Shown here: positions 41,174 to 51,286 of the stretch, piece after piece | Layout of the letters: every line of letters starts with the position of its first letter | Numbering within the stretch: position 1 is the first letter of the stretch | Source of the DNA: Leptospiraceae bacterium | Lineage (GTDB): Bacteria; Spirochaetota; Leptospiria; Leptospirales; Leptonemataceae | DNA: 64,000 nucleotides | Direction: 5' to 3' | Assembly: GCA_040217195.1 (NCBI GenBank) | Contig: JAVJNR010000004.1 | Location: 352,001 to 416,000 of the forward strand | The notes under the pieces: model-generated | What the model was told of the DNA's origin: nothing | The model's input: the letters and a program-made list of their open reading frames with translations, nothing else | Database searches by the model: none | Program-made: the position numbers and the translations under genes

Positions 41174-42787
41174 TCAATGTCGAAAATGGCGCATTCCGGT
41201 AAAGACCATGGCCACACCCTGCTCATCGGCTGCTGCAATTACCTCTTCGTCTCTTACAGAGCCACCTGGTTGTATTACCGCTGTTGCTCCTGCCTGGGCC
41301 AGAATGTCCAGACCATCCCTGAATGGAAAAAATGCATCGGAAGCAGCGGCAGAGCCATGTAGATCGATTTCCAGTTTCTTTGCTTTGGACATGGCAATCT
41401 CAGCCGCATCCACCCGGCTCATCTGGCCGGCACCAATAGCCAGACTTTCGGATGCACCGGTGAAAACTATGGCATTAGATTTTACATGCTTAACGAGTCT
41501 CCAGGCAAATCGCATTGCCTGCCATTCGCGGCTGTCCGGTTGTCTTTTGGAGACCACTTTCCACTGATCCTGATCATTGTAGGTAATATCAAGATCCTGC
41601 AGCAATATTCCATCGTGTACCTGACGAATCTCCTTTTGAGATTCAAGAAAACGATCCGGTCGATCCACTCTCAGCAATCGAAGGTTTTTCTTCGCAGAGA
41701 AAATAGTAACTGCTTCTTCAGAGAAGTCCGGAGCCACAATTACCTCCGCGAACTGCTCCGCTATTTTCTCCGCAAGGTCTTTCTCTACCCTGGCATTGAT
41801 GGATATAACTCCGCCAAAGGCACTGATTGGATCACAGGCCCTGGCACGAAGGAATGCATCGGTAATACCATCCGCGCTACCTGCGCTGGCCACTCCACAG
41901 GGATTTAGATGCTTAACAATGGCCACGCCAGAATCTGGAAGGGAAAGAGAACACATAAGTGCAGAACTTGTATCCAGTAGATTGTTAAACGATAGCTCCT
42001 TTCCTTGCAGTTGCTCCGTCCCTGCAATTCCCATTTGCTTTTCCCTTTCCAGTGCAAGGGCCGGGCGATAGAAGGCAGCTTTCTGATGAGGATTTTCACC
42101 GTATCGTAAATCGGTCTGTTTGCGAAAACTTAGATTTAATATGGGCGGGAATTCATCCACGGAGTTATGGTCCGCTCTCTGCTCGGCACTGTCTTCGGCC
42201 AGAAGTGTACGATGAAAATAATCAGCAATTAAAGCATCGTAGGCGCCAGTATGAGCGTAGGCGGCTCCGGCCAGACGCCGGGCCGTATCCGCGGAAATAG
42301 CTCCCAGGGAATTTATCTCGGTCTGGACAGCCCCATATTCAGAAGGGTCACATACAACAGCGCAGAAACCATGGTTCTTGGCTCCTGCACGAATCATGGC
42401 CGGGCCACCAATATCTATGTTTTCAATACAGGTAGAGAAATCCTTTCCGGAAGCTACGGTGGCGGCGAACGGATACAGGTTAACGACTAAAAGGTCAATT
42501 CCTTCAATTCCGTGTTCTTTCATGGAAGCCGCATGTTCTGGATTGTCACGCAATGCCAGTAGACCTCCATGGACCATGGGATGCAAAGTTTTAAGTCTTC
42601 CATCCATCATTTCTGGAAATCCAGTCACCTGATCCACGGCCTTCACCGGTATTCCAGCTTCGGAAATCGCTTTTAAGGTTCCACCGGTGGATATTATTTC
42701 CACACCCTGACTGTGCAGAAATCCGGCAAATTCGGTAAGACCGGATTTATCGCTTACTGAGATGAGTGCTCTTTTTACTGTTATCAT
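41174..42787 (-). CDS. purH: Bifunctional AICAR transformylase/IMP cyclohydrolase
   Basis: [43 protein letters not shown]. Confidence 0.97.
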   Translation of the reverse strand: MITVKRALISVSDKSGLTEFAGFLHSQGVEIISTGGTLKAISEAGIPVKAVDQVTGFPEMMDGRLKTLHPMVHGGLLALRDNPEHAASMKEHGIEGIDLLVVNLYPFAATVASGKDFSTCIENIDIGGPAMIRAGAKNHGFCAVVCDPSEYGAVQTEINSLGAISADTARRLAGAAYAHTGAYDALIADYFHRTLLAEDSAEQRADHNSVDEFPPILNLSFRKQTDLRYGENPHQKAAFYRPALALEREKQMGIAGTEQLQGKELSFNNLLDTSSALMCSLSLPDSGVAIVKHLNPCGVASAGSADGITDAFLRARACDPISAFGGVISINARVEKDLAEKIAEQFAEVIVAPDFSEEAVTIFSAKKNLRLLRVDRPDRFLESQKEIRQVHDGILLQDLDITYNDQDQWKVVSKRQPDSREWQAMRFAWRLVKHVKSNAIVFTGASESLAIGAGQMSRVDAAEIAMSKAKKLEIDLHGSAAASDAFFPFRDGLDILAQAGATAVIQPGGSVRDEEVIAAADEQGVAMVFTGMRHFRH

Positions 42788-42803
42788 TTACTTACTCCCA
42801 AAA

Positions 42804-43412
42804 TTATGACTTTCGCACGCGAACAATACCGTCGGATACCGTTAGTCGATCTTCGCAAAATAATCTGACCGCATGCGGAAGCAGGTTATGCTCTTCTATG
42901 CGAATCAGTTCAATCAAGGTAGTCTCATCACATCCCTCTGGAACCTGGACCACGGACTGAGCAATAATTGGCCCGGTATCCACTCCGGAATCCATGAAAT
43001 GCACAGTACATCCGCTTACCTTCACTCCTCGTTCCAGAGCCTGCCTTTGAGGATGCAAACCGGGAAATGAGGGCAGAAGCGAAGGATGTAGATTGATGAT
43101 TCGATTTTCAAATCGTTCTATAATGGCCTGAGGCAGAATCCGCATGAATCCCGCTCCGATGATCAAATCCGGCTGCAGTTGCTCCAGGGCCTGTAACAGG
43201 GTGGCATCGAAATCGACTCGGTGATTGAAGCTATTATATTCCAGAAGAGTGACCGGGATTTCATTCTCGGTTGCAACCAGGGCCGCACCGGTATCAGAAC
43301 GATCCACGATCAGGCCCACAAATTCTGCTGGCAGAGGATGGCTATTATGTTCCTCGAGAAGGCGTTTAAAATTGCTTCCGGCGCCAGAAGCCAGTGTTGC
43401 AATTCGCACCAC
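42804..43412 (-). CDS. purN: Phosphoribosylglycinamide formyltransferase
   Basis: SGAGSN, AGFMRIL, NLHPSLLP, GCTVHF, DTGPII. Confidence 0.96.
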   Translation of the reverse strand: MVRIATLASGAGSNFKRLLEEHNSHPLPAEFVGLIVDRSDTGAALVATENEIPVTLLEYNSFNHRVDFDATLLQALEQLQPDLIIGAGFMRILPQAIIERFENRIINLHPSLLPSFPGLHPQRQALERGVKVSGCTVHFMDSGVDTGPIIAQSVVQVPEGCDETTLIELIRIEEHNLLPHAVRLFCEDRLTVSDGIVRVRKS

Positions 43413-43897
43413 TAATCCCTGGACTCCAGGCGTATAGTTTGAATAAGTCCTGAGATCTTCTGTACGGTTTCCTGTTCCGGAATATCATCGGAATTGTAAA
43501 GAACCAGAATCATTCTGGAGCCCTGTACGATCATATTCACCAGCCAGAATCGGTCTTCCAGGACGAATTCGCAGGCCCGGCAGGCCAGGCCGGAGGCCAG
43601 GCTGAATTCAGCAATCCTGGATTTATCCATTTGAATCCCATGCCCGTTGAGATAGCGCTCCATCTCGGCATCAAAATCGAAATCCTGGCCCTCAGGCTGA
43701 CGGAAGGCAGCTACCTGTACAGCTCCGCCCCCTTCAGGATCAAAGAAACAGGGAATGTTCTCGATTATCTCGTATTCCCAGTCCCGAGGATATAATAGTT
43801 CAAAGAAAGTACCGCGGAATTGTGTCCAGGCCACTAACTGCCAGAGGCTTGAGCCCGGGACTTGTGTCAATCCGGCTTTGCGGTAGAATGGTACCAT
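43412..43897 (-). CDS. Hypothetical protein (DUF3805/PsbP-like), coupled to purN; start uncertain
   Basis: YP.DWE..., G..QV.AF; stop codon overlaps the purN start. Confidence 0.6.
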   Translation of the reverse strand: MVPFYRKAGLTQVPGSSLWQLVAWTQFRGTFFELLYPRDWEYEIIENIPCFFDPEGGGAVQVAAFRQPEGQDFDFDAEMERYLNGHGIQMDKSRIAEFSLASGLACRACEFVLEDRFWLVNMIVQGSRMILVLYNSDDIPEQETVQKISGLIQTIRLESRD

Positions 43898-43938
43898 TTG
43901 ATTGACCGGAACCGGCCCCGTTCCACCCTTTCCATGCT

Positions 43939-45264
43939 TTGGAAAATATCCGACCCGTTCATCTTGTTCTGTCGGCTCTTGGCCTGGTAATCGTATCCTT
44001 TCTCATTGGAGGGATGGCTATTGCCCTGGCGTTCGGACTTCTGGCTCTAATCCTGGTTTATCCGCTTTTCCGGCTCATCTGGAATCGTCTCTACGGCGCT
44101 GAAGACATTGCCGATGCACTGTTTTTTGCCAGAACCGAAGATGGATGGAATATTCCACTGCATTTCCATCGACCTGACTATCCACGACCCGGGGCTTTTC
44201 CGGTGATATTCTGCCACGGAATCGCTGTGAATAAATTTGGAGTGGATATGGATAGAAGGCATAGCCTGGCCTTTTTCCTGAAACAAAGGGGATACCCGGT
44301 TTTTGTAATGGGAATGCGTGGCACCGGAAAGGCGCATCGGCCGGGGGCCCAGAAAACACCTCGTTTCAATTTTGATGATATTGTAGAATACGATGTTCCA
44401 GCAGCCATTCGCAGAGTTAAGGAGCTTACAGGGGCTCCGAAAATAAGCTGGGTAGGTCATAGCATGGGAGCCATGGTGGCCAGCGGCTTTCTGGGCAGAA
44501 AGCTTCCGGAAAGTGAGAATGTGGCCTGCCTGGTTTCCATTGGTAGTCCCGGAAGACTGGATCATGTAAATGGTCGATTCTGGAATACTCTGGCCAAGTA
44601 CCCATGGCTACAGGGTGCTCTGGATCTAAAACTGGGAGCCAATGTAATCGCACCGGTAAGTGGGCGGGTGACTACTCCGGTGGAACGTTTTATTTATTCT
44701 CCAGAAAATGTGTCCAGTCAGACAGTGCGAAAGCTACTAAACAATGCTATAGAAAACATCAATCCTGGGGTGGCAGCCCAGATGCTGGACTGGATTCAAA
44801 AAGGCACTGAAACCACCGAGGATGGATCCTACAGCTACAGAGAAGGATTCTCCAATATTAAGACCCCTACTCTGTATATCGCCGGCGAAGGAGATCTTGT
44901 GGCTCCTCCTCGCACTGTAATCCATTCCTACAGATTGAATTCGTCCAGGAATAAAGATATTCTCATTCTCAGCCGGGAGGATTACAGCTCCGACTACTGT
45001 CATATTGGACTGGTCCTGGGAGAGGAAGCTCCAGAGGAAATCTTTCCTGAGGTCCATGAATGGTTGAATCGTTTCGGGAATAAGAAGCGCACTGGTCGAG
45101 TATCGGGAACGATTCGAAAGGTACGTGACTTCCTTAAATCCACACCCAAGCAAAAGCAGGCTGCATTGCATCTTCGCCGTTCTGAGGCGGCCAAGAAGAA
45201 AAAGAAGAAACGAAAGAAGATTTATCGCGAACAGGACAGTCAGGAATCAGTGATTCAAAGTTAG
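43939..45264 (+). CDS. Alpha/beta hydrolase (lipase/PHA-synthase-like) with N-terminal TM helices
   Basis: TEDGW.I.LH, CHG, GHSMG nucleophile elbow, D.VAPP, YCHIGLVLG. Confidence 0.85.
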   Translation: MENIRPVHLVLSALGLVIVSFLIGGMAIALAFGLLALILVYPLFRLIWNRLYGAEDIADALFFARTEDGWNIPLHFHRPDYPRPGAFPVIFCHGIAVNKFGVDMDRRHSLAFFLKQRGYPVFVMGMRGTGKAHRPGAQKTPRFNFDDIVEYDVPAAIRRVKELTGAPKISWVGHSMGAMVASGFLGRKLPESENVACLVSIGSPGRLDHVNGRFWNTLAKYPWLQGALDLKLGANVIAPVSGRVTTPVERFIYSPENVSSQTVRKLLNNAIENINPGVAAQMLDWIQKGTETTEDGSYSYREGFSNIKTPTLYIAGEGDLVAPPRTVIHSYRLNSSRNKDILILSREDYSSDYCHIGLVLGEEAPEEIFPEVHEWLNRFGNKKRTGRVSGTIRKVRDFLKSTPKQKQAALHLRRSEAAKKKKKKRKKIYREQDSQESVIQS

Positions 45265-45413
45265 GACAATCAGTTGAAGCAGAATCCTCCGCTTCTGGCC
45301 CTGAAATTTGTCTCTCGTCGCTATGGAAGACTCAGGGATTCCACATCATTTCAGCAGTGTTCCACTTAATATGGCTTGCATCTATTGATGTTGGACATAG
45401 ATCTAGAATAACC

Positions 45414-46166
45414 ATGAGCAGATTTTATTCGGCCCTTTTGATCCTGGCTACTGTGGCCATTCAGTGTAGCTCCGGCACCGTAATGGATCCGGCCTACGGC
45501 ACCAATTATTTCGATGATCAATTCGAATGCACCCAGGGCGCGGTTGAGCAGGAAAAGAATTCAAAGTACCATGCTCGGCGTTTGCTATGGATTGAAGAAC
45601 TCAAGAAAAGAAAGACAGATTCTCCCATAATCCTGGCCGGAGAATCCACGGCTGCATTGTTTACCGAAGATATGCTGCAGGAATTCTTACCAAATCATAG
45701 AATATCCAATCAAGCAATTCCTGGAGAAACCACTGTAGTATTCTTAACCGCCCTGGATGACCTGGTAATCAAGGCCCGCCCAAAAGTGGTGATTCTGGCA
45801 ATAGGCGGAAATGACATTCTTGGCGGACGTTGTTTGTCTACTATACTGCGAAATACGGAAATCATTCTAGATACAATCCATAGAAAACTACCCAGGACCA
45901 GAGTCCTTCTGGTTAGCATTCCGCCGGTTGTGAGCTGGAAAGTCTCCAGTGTTGCAGGCCATCTAAACCTGGGATTCCAGCAACTAGTGAATCGAAAACC
46001 ATTTGCTGAATATGTAGATCTTTGGCCCCACCTGGCCGATGAAAAGCGCCCGGTGCTGGATAAAAAATATCAGCTGTATCTGGAAGACAAAGGAAAGGTG
46101 GATCAAGTGCACTTCAATAAAGAAGGATATAAGCGATTCGCAGAAGCATTAAAACCTTATCTGTAG
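45414..46166 (+). CDS. SGNH/GDSL hydrolase lipoprotein
   Basis: IQC lipobox, GES (block I), PG, GGND, DQVHF; start placed at MSRFYS. Confidence 0.8.
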   Translation: MSRFYSALLILATVAIQCSSGTVMDPAYGTNYFDDQFECTQGAVEQEKNSKYHARRLLWIEELKKRKTDSPIILAGESTAALFTEDMLQEFLPNHRISNQAIPGETTVVFLTALDDLVIKARPKVVILAIGGNDILGGRCLSTILRNTEIILDTIHRKLPRTRVLLVSIPPVVSWKVSSVAGHLNLGFQQLVNRKPFAEYVDLWPHLADEKRPVLDKKYQLYLEDKGKVDQVHFNKEGYKRFAEALKPYL

Positions 46167-46242
46167 ACTGAGACCTGGATAATTTACTTCCACCGCCCGG
46201 TAGTTGCAAAATGAAAGCTCAACCGGGGCTCAGGCCTGACTA

Positions 46243-47379
46243 TCACCGTTCAGCGAGGGGGCCCAGTAGATCCGGCCTATCGGAATGAAGCCAGGAACGT
46301 ATCTGTTCCAGGCCTTCGGTTAAAGATATGCCTGGTTTATAACCCAGCAATTTCATGGCTTTCGTTGAATCCACAGAATGGGGCCGCATTACAAACTTCA
46401 AAGCTTCACGATTCAATTGAGCCTCCCGACCAATGATGGAGTTTCCCATTTCCATGAGCAAAGCTCCTCCTCGAGCCAGACTGGAAGGAATGGAAGGGGG
46501 CGCCGAATGACCCGCTATGGAGGCCAGAGCTCCAAAGTACTCCCTGCAACTACTGCTAATACCATCCGTGATATTGAAGATCTGTCCGCCGGATGACTTC
46601 AATGCAAGATGTGCAGCCTGTACTATGTTGCTGATATGCACATGATTGATAGTATATTTCCCGCCATCCAGAAGCAGGAATTGCTTCTCCTTCATCATAC
46701 GCAGAGGACGGATTATCCAGGGCTCGCTACCAGGTCCGTAAACGTCCCCCGGTCGCAAAATGACTATGTCCATGGGCCCGCCTTGAAGTCCCAGCAGTGC
46801 ATGTTCGCTTTCAATTTTGGTAATACAATAAGGATTTCCATCCCCTCGCAATGGGCCGGTTTCGCTTACGTTAGGCGGATAATTGAACCCATACACCATT
46901 ACGCTGGAAAACTGCACCCATTTCTGCACACCACATTCCATGGCTTTCCTGGCCAGAGCAACAGTTGCATCCACGTTGATGGTACGAAAATCCTTCAGGG
47001 GCCCTTTCTCCTTAACAGGGGCTGCTGTATGAATGATGGCCTTGCTACGACGGAGAATTGGATCCAGATTCTGGAGTAGATCAGAGCTACCCAGGTCTGC
47101 CTGAATATATTCAACGCCTGCACGTTTTAGCTGGTTATATCGTTTCTGTAGCGGATGATCCGGTGCAATAGATGCGATTGCCACTCGATCTAGTCCAATG
47201 ACCGGACCCTTTTCGGCAAGCTTCAGCGCAATATGGGATCCAATGAATCCCAGGGCACCCGTAATCAATACAGCCCTGGAGTTCCGATTCCCTTTTGCAT
47301 TGCTCTTGCTTTCTAGACCGCGTATGGCCGCTCTCTGTGTCTGGCTCTTCTTTTTGATGCTCTTTTTTCTGGCTGCCAT
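46243..47379 (-). CDS. NAD-dependent epimerase/dehydratase (3-beta-HSD-like extended SDR)
   Basis: ITGALGFIG, SSVMVYG, YCITK, RPGDVYGPG. Confidence 0.88.
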   Translation of the reverse strand: MAARKKSIKKKSQTQRAAIRGLESKSNAKGNRNSRAVLITGALGFIGSHIALKLAEKGPVIGLDRVAIASIAPDHPLQKRYNQLKRAGVEYIQADLGSSDLLQNLDPILRRSKAIIHTAAPVKEKGPLKDFRTINVDATVALARKAMECGVQKWVQFSSVMVYGFNYPPNVSETGPLRGDGNPYCITKIESEHALLGLQGGPMDIVILRPGDVYGPGSEPWIIRPLRMMKEKQFLLLDGGKYTINHVHISNIVQAAHLALKSSGGQIFNITDGISSSCREYFGALASIAGHSAPPSIPSSLARGGALLMEMGNSIIGREAQLNREALKFVMRPHSVDSTKAMKLLGYKPGISLTEGLEQIRSWLHSDRPDLLGPLAER

Positions 47380-47439
47380 GACTCAGTTTACGGGACCTTC
47401 TGTTTTATTGTTCATCGTATTGCCATTAGTTCGCAGATA

Positions 47440-48531
47440 CTAAAAGATAGCTCTCAAGCCTACATTGGCGGAATAAACATTTTCATTTCCGCGAGCCTCT
47501 ACGTATAATTTCCAGAAATAGAAGTTGAACTCCACACCCACCAGACCATAGGAAAGCCTGGCCGGTGGAGCACCGCTACCATTCACAGATAGAATCAGGC
47601 TGGAAGCAGGAATGGATATTCCCAGAAGAGCTGCCAGATCGGATTCAAGATAGGCGGGCCCGGCTCTGGAGGCGGTAAAATCCGCATACCCTTTGGACCA
47701 GGCAGATCCTGCTCCTACCGACAGATTCAAAAAATGAAAGAACTGAACTCCAGTACGAATATCGATTGGATAGGATTCAATAAATGATCGGTACTGGATA
47801 GTATCGGTAGCGTCCCAGCGAACCGCTTCTCCACTTGAAAGACTGATACGTGTACCTGTATTCTGCTTCGAATAAAGAATGTCCTGTTCAAATTGATTGT
47901 AGCCAATACCCAGAGATACACCCAGAAATTGCATCATGGGGCCGGTTATTTCACGACGATCCGCAAGATGATATCTAATCTCCATACCACGGCTTCTTGC
48001 ATTCACATTCCAGTCCTCGGATTCAGAACGTGCGGTACCTGAAGGTTGGTCCATATCAAAGGTTACGTAGCTCAGATAGAGATCAAATCTGGATAAAGAG
48101 TACCAGGGAGGGGTCTTGGTCACCAGATGAGTCCCGCCCATCACCTCGCCCAGATTCATACCCAGATATACCCGGGGCTGGGCTGCAACGCCGGTGGACG
48201 GTAGGTTCTCCACCGTTCCTACCTCGGCCACTCGAACATCCACTTCTTCCAGGGAACGATAGCTTACAGCGGCGCTTAAACCGAAGGTAAAACTATCCAG
48301 ATTAATATCACCCATGGGAGCGCCGCTGAGGCTTGCCAGTGCTGCCGCCTCGGCCATGTCTTCGAAGACCTGATCAAAGTATTGATACTGGATGTCGTTG
48401 TAGATTAGATCCAGCTGGGTCTGGGTAAGGGGTAAGGCAGCACAGGCAGCTCCCTCACAGATAAATTGAGCCCTGACCTGGCCGGGGACCAGAAGGGCCA
48501 GTCCCAGCATTATGCTTATTAGCCATTTCAT
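47440..48531 (-). CDS. Lsa36-like outer-membrane/surface protein
   Basis: Signal peptide, CEGAAC, MAEAA, beta-rich C-terminus ending in F. Confidence 0.6.
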   Translation of the reverse strand: MKWLISIMLGLALLVPGQVRAQFICEGAACAALPLTQTQLDLIYNDIQYQYFDQVFEDMAEAAALASLSGAPMGDINLDSFTFGLSAAVSYRSLEEVDVRVAEVGTVENLPSTGVAAQPRVYLGMNLGEVMGGTHLVTKTPPWYSLSRFDLYLSYVTFDMDQPSGTARSESEDWNVNARSRGMEIRYHLADRREITGPMMQFLGVSLGIGYNQFEQDILYSKQNTGTRISLSSGEAVRWDATDTIQYRSFIESYPIDIRTGVQFFHFLNLSVGAGSAWSKGYADFTASRAGPAYLESDLAALLGISIPASSLILSVNGSGAPPARLSYGLVGVEFNFYFWKLYVEARGNENVYSANVGLRAIF

Positions 48532-48673
48532 TCATGTTCTCCCCGGAGCTTTCCCATTGGACGCAGTCTTTCTGCAAAATCTCCGGTTCTCTCTATAACA
48601 ACAAGAGCCAGCCCTGCAATTGCATGGTCAAAATGGAACTTTGTCCACCCTAATCCCTGTATTTCAGTGCCGA

Positions 48674-49072
48674 TCAGGGTCGCTCCACAACCAGCTGCAT
48701 GGATCCGCAATTTTGTAGAGAATCCACCAGCTCAACAAATCTCTGCAGAGGCAGTTCTGCTGCGGCTCTGACTTTAAAGATCGGACTGGTCTGACATCGG
48801 TCTTGAATGGACACTGGAAGTTCAGACAGAGTTGTTTCGATTTTCAGGGCGGGAATTCTCACCCTGTCTTTGTCCAGGTAGAGATCTATTTCATCCTGGT
48901 CGGTGGATTCGGTGCCGGAGGTGGAGTCCGATAAATCCACAGGCAGAATAAATTCTGACACCATTTGAGTAGAAACCAGCACAAAAATCAGAAGTATGAA
49001 GATTATGTCCAGGAATGGTGCCAGGGGCAATTCCCCACTTTCCTCTTTTCTGTAGCTTGAGAAAGGGCTCAT
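48674..49072 (-). CDS. exbD: ExbD/TolR-family biopolymer transport protein
   Basis: LAPFLDIIFILLIFVLV with the conserved TM Asp. Confidence 0.8.
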   Translation of the reverse strand: MSPFSSYRKEESGELPLAPFLDIIFILLIFVLVSTQMVSEFILPVDLSDSTSGTESTDQDEIDLYLDKDRVRIPALKIETTLSELPVSIQDRCQTSPIFKVRAAAELPLQRFVELVDSLQNCGSMQLVVERP

Positions 49073-49560
49073 TGGGACCTTCGTTGTAGGCCACTTAGCA
49101 GGTCTAACTGGCGTACAGCCAGGGCATCTTTGAGCAAATGATGAGCCAGAAGGAAAGGCAGGGCCAGAATTAATCCTGCTATGGTAGTATGCAAAGCTTG
49201 ATAGATTCCAGCTGCAAATACATCGGGTCCTGCCTGTCCCTCAACCTGCATATCTGCAAAGGCCTGACTGATTCCCAGTACCGTGCCCAGAAGTCCCAAT
49301 AAAGTAGCCATACTGGCCAGCCTGGAAAGCCACAGAATAGCACTGTGTGTGCGAAAGCAAATTCGTTCAATGGCCTGCAGCGAGGCGGAATCAGAATTTC
49401 CCAGGTCGTTCATAGACTCTTGAGCCCTGTCAATCCACTCCTCCGCTGAAACATGCATTGTTCGCAGTGAATGAATGGAATAAAGCACCAGGGACAGCGC
49501 CACCACGGAGAGAAAAGTTAATACAATCATCACAGGCCCGCCGGCCAGAAAGGCTTCCAT
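49069..49560 (-). CDS. exbB: MotA/TolQ/ExbB proton channel protein
   Basis: GGPVM, LLGLLGTVLGI, GIYQALHTTIAGL; start placed at MEAFLAGG. Confidence 0.85.
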   Translation of the reverse strand: MEAFLAGGPVMIVLTFLSVVALSLVLYSIHSLRTMHVSAEEWIDRAQESMNDLGNSDSASLQAIERICFRTHSAILWLSRLASMATLLGLLGTVLGISQAFADMQVEGQAGPDVFAAGIYQALHTTIAGLILALPFLLAHHLLKDALAVRQLDLLSGLQRRSQ

Positions 49561-49586
49561 GTCGTTGAAAGGATGATACCCGCCCA

Positions 49587-50000
49587 ATGAGTAAACGACA
49601 ATTCCGTGGACAGCCAGCCGGGCCAGGACAATGTGCACCGGTGCGGCAGGTTGCTTTTCTGGTTGTCTTCGCTCTTTTTGGAGCCCTGGCTTTTTTCTTC
49701 TTCGGTTCCGTTCTGGAGAGCATTCGTACAGGAATCGTATTTCCCCGTGGGCAGCCAGGGCCCGGAGATATGAGTCGTCTGACTTTGTTCAGTATGTTCA
49801 TACTGATTCTCACCTATGCATGTACGGAGGCGATGATTCGCCCTTTCTTCGGTCCACCTCCAGTCAGAGTTAGCCGCAGACAGAAAAGAAAAAGACGTGA
49901 GACAAAGACCAGGGATGATACAATTCTGAGAGAAAGCAGGAAAGCAAACCGGCGACAGAGTAGCGATGGAAACCAATCTCGTACCAGGCCAGTTCGATAA
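49587..50000 (+). CDS. Hypothetical 2-TM membrane protein with a basic tail
   Basis: Two hydrophobic helices; overlaps the tsaE start. Confidence 0.45.
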   Translation: MSKRQFRGQPAGPGQCAPVRQVAFLVVFALFGALAFFFFGSVLESIRTGIVFPRGQPGPGDMSRLTLFSMFILILTYACTEAMIRPFFGPPPVRVSRRQKRKRRETKTRDDTILRESRKANRRQSSDGNQSRTRPVR

Positions 50001-50445
50001 GCTTACCGAGTCAGAGATGGGTCGAATTGCCCGGTTACTGGTTGAGCATTGCAGGAGCTCATCTGCAGGGGCTGTATGGCTCATGGAAGGTGATCTGGGA
50101 GCCGGAAAGACAACGTTCGTTTCCACAGCAGCGCAGGCGCTTGGCATTCATGAAACCGTCAATAGCCCCACATTCAATCTTCATAATTACTATCAGGGCG
50201 AATCGGGAGATCTAAACCATTTTGATCTGTACCGACTGGGGGGCGCTGCCATGCAGGAGCTGGAATTCGCCGAGATCTGGGAAACTCCCACAGAAACTTT
50301 TACAATACATGCCATTGAATGGTGGAACAAATTATCTGTGATTCATTCCAGGCTGAAGTTCTACAAAGTTAAAATTGAAACGGTGGACGAAGAGCACCGA
50401 AAGGTTACCATTATATCTCTTGATGGAAACGAGGTGTATTCGTGA
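49966..50445 (+). CDS. tsaE: tRNA t6A biosynthesis ATPase TsaE
   Basis: GDLGAGKTTF, SPTF, HFDLYRL, IEW. Confidence 0.93.
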   Translation: METNLVPGQFDKLTESEMGRIARLLVEHCRSSSAGAVWLMEGDLGAGKTTFVSTAAQALGIHETVNSPTFNLHNYYQGESGDLNHFDLYRLGGAAMQELEFAEIWETPTETFTIHAIEWWNKLSVIHSRLKFYKVKIETVDEEHRKVTIISLDGNEVYS

Positions 50446-51143
50446 CCGGTACGAAAGCGCCAATAAACTACCTTTGCATCGATACATGCGGTCCCTATCT
50501 TTGCGTTTCTCTGGGCAGTCAGAAAAATCATCAATCCATTGTTCAGCCAGGGCAGAATCGATCGTCCATCGACCTTGTACCTACAATCAAGGAATTACTG
50601 GCGTTGATGAATCTGGAAAAGCCAGATTGCATCGCAGTGACGGTCGGTCCCGGCTCATTCACAGGTACGCGAATTGGAGTCAGTACGGCTCGAAATCTGG
50701 GAATGCTCTGGAATGTTCCTTTACGCAGCTTTTATTCCCTGCAGCTATACGCAGAATCGCTGATGGCCGGCCAACCCTTTCCCTACCTGGTGGCCCTGGA
50801 TGGTAAGCAGAATCGGTTCTATTCAATTCTCGTGGATGGTGAAGACCGGGTTTACAATACGCAACTACAGGATCTCCAGGATCTAAAACCCCAGGAGATC
50901 CAGCAGCTTACCGGGCTGGAAATACCGATTTTCTGCGATGCATTTGACCTGCTCAAAGAAAGGTTGCCAGAGCCAGGGCCAGTGCTATCCTTGCCAAAGC
51001 CAGAGCCGGAATCTTTTTATCGACTTCTGGACCGTTCCGCTGGCCAGACACAGCCATACAGCTCCATCTTACCGGTGTATGTGCGAAGTGATCCCGCCAC
51101 GGCCAAATATCCGGATGGTTTTCAACACAAGCCCGATTCCTGA
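50442..51143 (+). CDS. tsaB: tRNA t6A biosynthesis protein TsaB
   Basis: IDT, GPGSFTGTRIG, PVYVR; overlaps tsaE. Confidence 0.92.
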   Translation: MTGTKAPINYLCIDTCGPYLCVSLGSQKNHQSIVQPGQNRSSIDLVPTIKELLALMNLEKPDCIAVTVGPGSFTGTRIGVSTARNLGMLWNVPLRSFYSLQLYAESLMAGQPFPYLVALDGKQNRFYSILVDGEDRVYNTQLQDLQDLKPQEIQQLTGLEIPIFCDAFDLLKERLPEPGPVLSLPKPEPESFYRLLDRSAGQTQPYSSILPVYVRSDPATAKYPDGFQHKPDS

Positions 51144-51286
51144 ACAATGGGGCATTCCTGTTAATTTGAATCCTCCCCAGTCCATGGCCCGGCAGCCGAA
51201 TCTGGCTTTTGAATCCAGCGGCCTTTGCGATACAGCCGGTCCTGGCCAACGAATAATCTATTAGAATAAAACAAGAAAAAGCAATA

